DNA of 26,121 bases from a virus. Its lineage: Duplodnaviria > Caudoviricetes. The notes under the pieces were generated by a model that ran no database searches, was not told the DNA's origin, and saw only the letters and a program-made list of their open reading frames with translations. The stretch spans positions 1 to 26,121 of IMG/VR virus record IMGVR_UViG_3300021082_000470. One strand, written 5' to 3'. Below, in pieces: positions 18,127 to 24,699 of the stretch. The first letter of the stretch is position 1. Each line of letters opens with the position of its first letter. The translations under genes were made by a program, and so were the position numbers.

Positions 18127-18405
18127 TCATTTGATGCACAGAGGGCAAGCATCCTTATTGCGCATCTCTTGGGCACTGTTGCCGTACATCAGTTCATATG
18201 GCAGCAGCTGCTTAGGAACACCTGGGCAACCCTTCGCGTGGAACGTATGACCCCGCTTTGCGGCCACATACTTCCAATTGGCGGGCTCTTTGAAGACAGC
18301 GGGTGGGGGAGTGCGATGCATTGCGTTCTCAGCGAGTAAGACGACCATAAAGGCTGCACAGACTACTGCTGCTGTAACCATGCACCAGCAACAGCGATGG
18401 ATCAT
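18127..18405 (-). CDS. Membrane-anchored protein with Ada metal-binding-like domain, 92 aa
   Basis: ATGA overlap at 18402-18405; hydrophobic N-terminus; YVAAKRGHTFHAKGC...ACPLC pattern. Confidence 0.7.
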   Translation of the reverse strand: MIHRCCWCMVTAAVVCAAFMVVLLAENAMHRTPPPAVFKEPANWKYVAAKRGHTFHAKGCPGVPKQLLPYELMYGNSAQEMRNKDACPLCIK

Positions 18406-18617
18406 GCGCCGCTCTTTCTCCGGGCTGGGAATATAGGGGCTCGAATCGGGTCTTTCTCCGCGCCCTCGAGAGCTTCTACTCTCGTCTGGAGCTCCACAAG
18501 GGCTGTTTCCAGTTGGTGCTGACGGTCGTTCTTGAGGGTGATTCGAGCCATGAACCAACAGCTTAAGAGGTTCGCCGCCGTGCATACCATCAAGATGTAG
18601 AATGTCCATTGATGCAT
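18402..18617 (-). CDS. Small membrane protein with coiled coil (71 aa)
   Basis: GGAGG upstream; N-terminal TM then LETALVELQTRVEALE. Confidence 0.65.
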   Translation of the reverse strand: MHQWTFYILMVCTAANLLSCWFMARITLKNDRQHQLETALVELQTRVEALEGAEKDPIRAPIFPARRKSGA

Positions 18618-18622
18618 TCAAA

Positions 18623-18889
18623 TTAGCCTCCGCCTCCTTCACCACTGCCCCCACCTCCATTATCACTGCCTTGTAGCTCTGTAGCAGCACAGGCTCCCTC
18701 CGCCACTCCTTGCCAGCCAGCTCGGTAGTTGGTATTCGCCACCGTCACTTGGATTGCGTTGGATGTCCCCGAGCCGCCAGCGTAGAGTCCGGCTGGATCG
18801 CCAAGCTCGTCAAACACCTGAACGTCAACCGAAGACATTGGTGGCGACGTCTCACCAGACTCTGGCCAGCGGAATGAGAATTCTGGCAC
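18623..18889 (-). CDS. Small hypothetical (structural?) protein, 88 aa, Gly-rich tail
   Basis: GTG 1 nt after the gp36-like stop; fills the gap. Confidence 0.6.
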   Translation of the reverse strand: MPEFSFRWPESGETSPPMSSVDVQVFDELGDPAGLYAGGSGTSNAIQVTVANTNYRAGWQGVAEGACAATELQGSDNGGGGSGEGGGG

Positions 18890-18890
18890 G

Positions 18891-19412
18891 CTAGAGGTTC
18901 CCTGGCAGGTCTGCCTTGTGCCGTTTGCGGTTGCCTACTGGCTCTTGACCCGTGCTCTCTTCCACAACGACTCGGATTGGATTGTCGAGCTTGTGGATCT
19001 CAGGTCGGAAGTTGGTGACTGTAGGGGTGTGGTCGAAGCTGGGAGGCTGCTCGGGTACTTGGAAGCGACCCCAACGAGCCTCACTTAGCTGGTCCCGGTA
19101 AGTCTGCACCGAGTCGATGACACTGGCGGGAGGAACATTGCCCCGACGGGCGAATAGGAAGAAGGCTGCAATATTGGCGTTGCACCACTTGCACCAGGCG
19201 TTGCTGGCTGCCATCAGGGCCAAGCTGGCAGTTGAGTACTGGTTGCAGAGAGCGGAATTCATCTCCACCGCAGCTCGCTCAATAGCCCTGGTGATGTTAA
19301 GCGTCTCTTCGGCACTTTCTACCCCGTCAACATTGTCGTCGATATGCGCCAAGACGCCAGCCTCGCTCATGAGGGCTTCGACGTCAGCACGGACGCAATA
19401 GGTTGTAGTCAT
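18891..19412 (-). CDS. Mu gp36-like (DUF1320) head-tail adaptor
   Basis: YC...DV N-terminus, ITRAIERAAVEMNSAL...Y, WCNANIAAFFLFARR pattern; located after the capsid genes. Confidence 0.8.
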   Translation of the reverse strand: MTTTYCVRADVEALMSEAGVLAHIDDNVDGVESAEETLNITRAIERAAVEMNSALCNQYSTASLALMAASNAWCKWCNANIAAFFLFARRGNVPPASVIDSVQTYRDQLSEARWGRFQVPEQPPSFDHTPTVTNFRPEIHKLDNPIRVVVEESTGQEPVGNRKRHKADLPGNL

Positions 19413-19418
19413 TGGGAA

Positions 19419-19790
19419 CTAGGTCTTGCCGACCATTGCGGCTTCACCGTCTGCACTGGACATGATTTTGATGAAGCCGAAAGGTGCGATCTTTGTCACG
19501 TCCAAAGCTGTCCACTTGGAGGCAGGGAGCGTGACTACACCGTTGGTGCCGATGTTATCGACCAGCACAAAGGTTCCGTCCGCTGCCTCAGAGGCGTGAA
19601 TTGTAATCGTTGTGATCGTTGCACCGGGCTTGACGGCGATGTACGTGAATTCTCGGATGTCCACTACGTCACAATCGCCTAGAACCGTGTCGGTGTGGAA
19701 GGTGGTGAGAACACCATACCGAGGCTTGACGGCCATCGCTCCGTCGCTGCCGGTAGGGGGATTCAGTTTGGGGGTGAGTAGTCCGGCCAT
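19419..19790 (-). CDS. Small beta-sandwich-like virion protein (123 aa)
   Basis: Alternating beta pattern (ITIHASEAADGTFV, FIKIMS). Confidence 0.65.
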   Translation of the reverse strand: MAGLLTPKLNPPTGSDGAMAVKPRYGVLTTFHTDTVLGDCDVVDIREFTYIAVKPGATITTITIHASEAADGTFVLVDNIGTNGVVTLPASKWTALDVTKIAPFGFIKIMSSADGEAAMVGKT

Positions 19791-19793
19791 GGA

Positions 19794-20219
19794 TTAATGT
19801 GGTTGGTTGAGGATTTCTTTGGCCCGTTCCGGTGACACCGGTTGGACTTCGTACTCGGAAAATTGGAGCCCACTAAGAGATGGCTTGATATCTTCTTCCA
19901 GCTTCTCTTCATGCTGGGTGTTGTCCTCGTCGTGGACCTTGATCTTGACCCAGTGGTGAGAGTTGTCTTTTGCCCCACCACCACCCTTGAAAGGCTTGTG
20001 TTCGGTACCATGGTCAACAACTGTGTGCTTGATGCCAGCAGCGTTGAGAGCCTTGGAAGTTTTCTCGGCGTGGTGGCCAGAATTCAGTCCATGTGAGTAA
20101 TAGAACTCACGGCGAAGGATGTGGTGCCCGCCACTGAAAGTATGTTCAGAAGGATCAGAACTTGGCTGGTCTTGGCCATACAAGGCTTGGTTAATTGCCT
20201 TCTTGTGTTTCGCAGCCAT
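19794..20219 (-). CDS. His-rich putative internal (cargo) protein, 141 aa
   Basis: 15 His; QHEE and QFSE precede a C-terminal VSPERAKEIL motif shared with the scaffold; TAATG coupling. Confidence 0.75.
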   Translation of the reverse strand: MAAKHKKAINQALYGQDQPSSDPSEHTFSGGHHILRREFYYSHGLNSGHHAEKTSKALNAAGIKHTVVDHGTEHKPFKGGGGAKDNSHHWVKIKVHDEDNTQHEEKLEEDIKPSLSGLQFSEYEVQPVSPERAKEILNQPH

Positions 20220-21136
20220 TAGGTGTCTCCGCCGTTGATCCAGGTGACTTGGATAGTGCCGTTGACCACAACCGTTGCGTCGCCGTCGATGTCAGCAGCG
20301 GCCACACCGAGGTTGAGGAAGAGGTCGATAGGTGTTGTGCGGCCGTCTAGGATCGCCCCGACTTGGGCAGCAGCGATGTTAGCGAGGACACCAGTGACGA
20401 CAGCAGGGGCCGTGTTGATGACGGTCGAGGAGGGGAAAGTCTTGACCGCTTCAGCACTGCCCGGCATCATGTTCATCATCGTCGTGGCTAAGGTCAACGA
20501 CGAGGCGGTGACGCTGCCGATCCCGATTGAGACCGTAACCCCCGACTTGAGAGTTGTTGCGATGACCGAGGTCGTTGTAACTGCAACACTGACCACCGTG
20601 TCGATAAAGCGGAGACGACCGGCTGGGAAGTCATACAGCTTAAGGCCGACATAGGCCAAGGCGTCGGTGATTGTCAGTGGAGTGTTGACGAGGGTGAGTA
20701 CAGTGCGGCGGAAAGAGCCCGAGCCGCTCTCCGAGGCGGTGACACCAATTCCGGATACAACGGCACCTACTGTGTCAGCAGGGGTGGTGGCACCTGCGTT
20801 GAGAATCTCCAGCTTCTCGTGATTCCAGCGGAGAGTGCCGCCGACAGGGATCTCAGCCTGGATTCGGGGGTAGCTGGTGCTGCTGATCACCTTCTTGACT
20901 GTTGGGGTAGCTACCGCCGTGTCGGCGTTGTAGATCGAGATCTGCTCGATATCCTTCTGCTCACCCGCCCCTGTCAAAAGAGTGGCAACGGTGACGCCAT
21001 TCAGCTGCCCTACCTCTTCACTGAGACCGTTGGCCCCTCGCCATAGCACACTGTAATAGGGCTGAGTCGTAGCCGGAGCACCTGCCAAGACTGCGGTGAG
21101 AGATTGAGTTGAGTCTTTGAGAACGGCTATGGACAT
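20219..21136 (-). CDS. Two-domain beta-rich virion accessory protein (305 aa)
   Basis: GGAG RBS; Thr/Val/Ala-rich; jelly-roll-like C-terminal half (KLYDFPAG...IDLFLN...GTIQVTW). Confidence 0.7.
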   Translation of the reverse strand: MSIAVLKDSTQSLTAVLAGAPATTQPYYSVLWRGANGLSEEVGQLNGVTVATLLTGAGEQKDIEQISIYNADTAVATPTVKKVISSTSYPRIQAEIPVGGTLRWNHEKLEILNAGATTPADTVGAVVSGIGVTASESGSGSFRRTVLTLVNTPLTITDALAYVGLKLYDFPAGRLRFIDTVVSVAVTTTSVIATTLKSGVTVSIGIGSVTASSLTLATTMMNMMPGSAEAVKTFPSSTVINTAPAVVTGVLANIAAAQVGAILDGRTTPIDLFLNLGVAAADIDGDATVVVNGTIQVTWINGGDT

Positions 21137-21250
21137 GTATTTTCTCCAAGGTAGAAGTAGTCCAAGGGCTGGTCACTAAACACCACTGCCGATGTAGTGA
21201 TTACCCATGCAGCGACTTCAAATAGGGGTTTCATGGCGGCGCGAACCTGA

Positions 21251-21637
21251 CTACTTGTTGTCCTTGTTTGCGTTCTTGCCGGCCTTGCCTTCCAACACCC
21301 CCTCAGCGTGGCTGGCGTCGGACGTCGTTTTCAGCAGCTTAACACTCATCGAATTCGTCAAGTTGTGTGTCTCGACCTGGAGCGCGTAGGTCTTGGATTG
21401 GTAGTACAGAACCGCCGCCGTCATCAGTGGGCCAAGGAACGCCAGAACGAGAATCAGCACTCGCTCTATGGATGCCTGCTTTTCCTTGGTCGCAGCTGCA
21501 ACGGCAGTCCGATCTTTATCTTCCTTGTCGCTTCCAGCCTGCCGGTCTTTATCTTCCCGCTTCTCTTCGGCTGCGGCTTTGAGCGCATCAGCGGCTAGTC
21601 TGGCACGGGTTTGTTCGGGCGTTTCGTAGTCGGCCAT
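21251..21637 (-). CDS. Single-pass membrane protein (128 aa)
   Basis: GGGAG RBS before ATG 21637; charged N-terminus, TM VLILVLAFLGPLMTAAVLYY, then HNLTNS...AEGVLEG. Confidence 0.7.
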   Translation of the reverse strand: MADYETPEQTRARLAADALKAAAEEKREDKDRQAGSDKEDKDRTAVAAATKEKQASIERVLILVLAFLGPLMTAAVLYYQSKTYALQVETHNLTNSMSVKLLKTTSDASHAEGVLEGKAGKNANKDNK

Positions 21638-21677
21638 TGTATCTCCCAGCCAAGGGAGTCTAGGAGGCATGTGCAAA

Positions 21678-21737
21678 GGGAGTGGGAAGGTAATGAGGCT
21701 CCCCACTCCCCAAGGGCCAACACCGGCGAAGGTGTTG
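21678..21737 (-). other. Two intergenic hairpins
   Basis: Perfect inverted repeats 21678-21686/21702-21710 (9 bp) and 21718-21724/21731-21737 (7 bp). Confidence 0.5.
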
Positions 21738-21763
21738 TCAGAACATGGTTTGGGGACTGACGG

Positions 21764-22318
21764 CTATTTGTTCTCCGCCTTGGCTTCCAGTTCGGCCAGA
21801 CGCTTCTTCGCGGCTTCCTTGACAGTGGGGCGGGTGTCGCAGTCAGCAATGTCTTGGAGCTTGTCCTCGCTTCTCATGTTGGCGATGTGGGGAATTGCCT
21901 CCTGAGCCGCCATGTTTTTCACAGGCGACTCTTTGTCGGCGATGTCCTTGCCAGTAGCGGCATCCTTGACGGCATGCACCGGCGGCTTCGCAGCTTCCGT
22001 ATCCGTCTTGACCGCGGCGGTATTGGGATTGTTGACCGGGTCCTTGGGGAGCTCGTTGGCCACAGCCTTGACACCAGCCTGGAAGCCTTCGACAAACTCC
22101 TTGGCAGGGGGCTTGTCTCCGGTCTTCGCAGCCACATAGGCACTGATCTTCTCCATCGTGCCTTGTGGCATTTCCTTGGCGGCAAGGACCAAGAACTTCT
22201 CCTTGTCCGCACCGCACTTGTCCCCGATCGCTCGAAGTGCGTCCAACTTGGACTGCCCAGTGCCAGAGTCTTTCAAGTGCTCCAGCAAGTTCAGAACGTC
22301 CGGATGAGTCTTCGACAT
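21764..22318 (-). CDS. Hypothetical protein after MCP (184 aa) with small C-terminal helical domain
   Basis: Strong GAGGAGG RBS (22323-22329) before ATG 22318; C-terminal DTRPTVKEAAKKRLAEL. Confidence 0.75.
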   Translation of the reverse strand: MSKTHPDVLNLLEHLKDSGTGQSKLDALRAIGDKCGADKEKFLVLAAKEMPQGTMEKISAYVAAKTGDKPPAKEFVEGFQAGVKAVANELPKDPVNNPNTAAVKTDTEAAKPPVHAVKDAATGKDIADKESPVKNMAAQEAIPHIANMRSEDKLQDIADCDTRPTVKEAAKKRLAELEAKAENK

Positions 22319-22366
22319 ACGACCTCCTCTTACACACATAATGGATTTAACAACCAACGTTGCCTA

Positions 22367-22396
22367 ATTATAGCCCAGGGCTACACAGAAAGACAA
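22367..22396 (-). promoter_or_regulatory. Candidate sigma70-type promoter with overlapping palindrome
   Basis: TTGTCT (22396-22391), 18-nt spacer, perfect TATAAT (22372-22367); palindrome TAGCCC-N-GGGCTA at 22371-22383. Confidence 0.5.
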
Positions 22397-22418
22397 GGCT
22401 CAGAGAAAATCCCTGAGC
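22387..22418 (-). terminator. Candidate intrinsic terminator/attenuator after MCP
   Basis: GCUCAGGG-AUUUU-CUCUGAGC stem (8 bp, one G-U) followed by an interrupted U-rich tract CUUGUCUUUCU, 10 nt after the MCP stop. Confidence 0.5.
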
Positions 22419-22428
22419 TAGCACCGGT

Positions 22429-23547
22429 TTATGGGGTCACGTCGGCGTTGAAGATAGCTCCGGGGATGTACAAGGCAGGGAAGCCATTGTGCACGTGGTT
22501 GAGCGTCCAACCCGAAGGATTCCAGTTGGCATAGCCGTAGGCATAGTAGCCATGCCGGAAGGCACGCACGCCGTTCGGTCCTTCGGTGATCACTTCACCA
22601 CCGTTGAGGTACTGGCACCAGTCTGGCGACGGGGTGGGAAACATCGTGACCTGGTCGTCGGCTACCAGGGTCGTATCAGTGGCAGCGTTCGACACCCACA
22701 CTTCGAGCGAGTAGTCCACGATGTGCCATTGGAACCAAGGCAGAGCACGCAACACCGCCGAGAAGCGACCCGGACCTTGCCGTACAACCGACTCGAACGG
22801 GGTGTTCGAGGTTCCGGCCTGTGCCTTGATCTTGTCGTTGTTGAGGAGGTACTGCCAGGTGTTGCTGTTGAGCACACCGTGTTCCAGGCCCATACCCGTA
22901 AGAGCGTTGCAAGCTAGGTTGGCAGCGTACACGTCGCCGGGGATATCCGTACTGGCCGTTGCCCAGCTAGCCCCGATGATTCCGTTCAGCTGGTTCTTGT
23001 TGTTGGCCGGGATCTGGTAGTCGATCGTGTCCTGACCGCCGGAGAAGCCATGCTTCAGCTCGTCACCTTCTTGATCGAAGGTGTAGGAGCCACGCATCAT
23101 GGCAGCCGTCTGAAACTCGATCAGGTTGGCAGCGGCTTCGGCCAAGTACCGCTTCTGCCGCATGAGGTAGTTCTCCCCCATGCTGTCGATCACGGTAACA
23201 GCCTGACCGATCTGACGACGGTTGACCATATCCTCGTCGGTGAGCGGGATGCTTTCCGCCACACGGGGAATGGTGAACCGAACGCGACCAGCCTTCTGGG
23301 GCTTGACTTGAGTGTTCTGAGTGCCAGGCACCGTAGCCGTGGCAATGCGCCGAGTGCGGTTGAACACGTCGTAGCTGCCCTCACGAAGAGGGTAGTCGAT
23401 CATGTTGCCGCTTTGGGCGTCGGGATTGCGGGCTGCTAAGCCCCACCCGAACAGATCGGAGAGAACGGTTCCGGGGAGCTGAACCCGGCTGACCTCACGG
23501 AGAATAACTTCCGGTGCCAGAAGCTCTTGAACTGAACGGCCAGCCAT
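22429..23547 (-). CDS. Major capsid protein (HK97 fold, lambda gpE/Phage_cap_E-like)
   Basis: 372 aa; follows the head decoration gene; IEFQTAAMMRG, IDYQIPANNK, WATASTDIPGD, GFPALYIPGAI patterns; AAGAGG RBS at 23558-23563. Confidence 0.9.
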   Translation of the reverse strand: MAGRSVQELLAPEVILREVSRVQLPGTVLSDLFGWGLAARNPDAQSGNMIDYPLREGSYDVFNRTRRIATATVPGTQNTQVKPQKAGRVRFTIPRVAESIPLTDEDMVNRRQIGQAVTVIDSMGENYLMRQKRYLAEAAANLIEFQTAAMMRGSYTFDQEGDELKHGFSGGQDTIDYQIPANNKNQLNGIIGASWATASTDIPGDVYAANLACNALTGMGLEHGVLNSNTWQYLLNNDKIKAQAGTSNTPFESVVRQGPGRFSAVLRALPWFQWHIVDYSLEVWVSNAATDTTLVADDQVTMFPTPSPDWCQYLNGGEVITEGPNGVRAFRHGYYAYGYANWNPSGWTLNHVHNGFPALYIPGAIFNADVTP

Positions 23548-23776
23548 AAAGATTCAACCTCTTAGTTTGGGACTCGAAGTTTGAAGTGGACTCAAGTCCA
23601 CAAAGTTGCCCTTGTTGCCTGCTTTCGCAGACTGATGTTTATTCACCGAGGTTTTCCGTCTCTCGATAAGACGCATATCAAAGCCACCAGCACCGACCCC
23701 GCCACTCTCTTCCACTTAGACCCGCTCCCATTTGGCGTTCAAGAAGGGCCGATGCTGGTGGGTTGTTGTCCATGGC
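23548..23776 (-). ncRNA. Structured intergenic RNA / MCP leader (class unknown)
   Basis: 16-bp stem 23684-23699/23746-23761 with two G-U pairs only on the sense strand; GUCUGC-GAAA-GCAGGC hairpin (23617-23632); GUGGAC-UUGA-GUCCAC hairpin (23586-23601). Confidence 0.5.
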
Positions 23777-24577
23777 TTACGCTGACACAGGCACCGTACC
23801 GCCGGTCAAGACGTACCACATGAGAGTGGCACCGTCCGTACCGTAATCCGCATACATCAGAGCCGTGCCGCCCATCTTCTTGTTCGCCGTCGAGAAGGTG
23901 AGGGTCGTGCTCACAGCACCACCGGCGTCTCCGTACACGATCGTATTGGCAGCGGCGGTGATCACCATGCTGGCATCGACACCGTTGTACAACAGCACGC
24001 TGTAACCGCGACCCACTGTAGCCAACGTCGGCAGGGTGAAGTTCACCGCGTTGGTAATCGCGATGAACATGTCACCGTGGTCGGTGTCTAGCAAGGTGTA
24101 GTCGGCGGTCTTGAAGTACCGCTTCCGAGGCGCCAAGAGGAAGGCAGATCCGTGTGGAGTCGGACCGACCATCTTGAAACCGGTGCGAAGGAGAACAGCC
24201 AGCGAAGCCTTGTCTTCGCCGTAGATCTCGCTTTCGGCCTTGATGATACCGCCGGTCAGCACTTTGGTGAACTTGTCTTCGGCCGTTCCGTCACGGTCCA
24301 GCATCGACAAGTGCATCGGCAGGATGCCAATAGCGTTTTGCGTTCCGTCGTTGGCATCGGCATCATACAAGTAGCCCAACCCATCCGAGTCCTTGAGAGC
24401 CATGATGTTGCCACCACGGATCGTCGTTGTCAGGTTGGTGTTGCCCGCGTCGGTGATTGACGACTTGAGAGTGACCTTCTCGAGAAACTTCCGGTGGTTG
24501 TTGTCTGGGCCAGTGGCCAGGAACTGAACCTCTTCAGTTTCCTTGAGAGCTGAAAATCCAGGCTTGCTTTCGGGCAT
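23777..24577 (-). CDS. Head decoration protein with C-terminal fibre-like domain (266 aa)
   Basis: Between scaffold and MCP; gpD-like TIRGGNIMA...YDADANDGTQNAIGIL; C-terminal KTADYTL...VNFTLP; AAGGA RBS. Confidence 0.75.
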   Translation of the reverse strand: MPESKPGFSALKETEEVQFLATGPDNNHRKFLEKVTLKSSITDAGNTNLTTTIRGGNIMALKDSDGLGYLYDADANDGTQNAIGILPMHLSMLDRDGTAEDKFTKVLTGGIIKAESEIYGEDKASLAVLLRTGFKMVGPTPHGSAFLLAPRKRYFKTADYTLLDTDHGDMFIAITNAVNFTLPTLATVGRGYSVLLYNGVDASMVITAAANTIVYGDAGGAVSTTLTFSTANKKMGGTALMYADYGTDGATLMWYVLTGGTVPVSA

Positions 24578-24699
24578 CGTATCTTTCCTTCGTAAGTCCT
24601 AGCCTTCTTCCCTATCTCGACTCTCTGGGGAGAGTTGCTACGGTTGTCGGGTCGTCGGCTAGGATGTCTCCGGGTTGTCTGCTGTGTGCAGGCTGAGTG

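Noticed and set aside
17330-18690. Long ORF-track versions 17330..18148 and 18127..18690
   Set aside because: Their 5' extensions overlap better-supported genes; GTGA/ATGA-coupled starts at 17761 and 18405 are more plausible.
23678-23773. 31-codon minus-strand ORF (MDNNPPASALL...) in the decoration-MCP gap
   Set aside because: Short, no RBS, and coincides with the long RNA stem; it cannot be excluded as a leader peptide but is unsupported.
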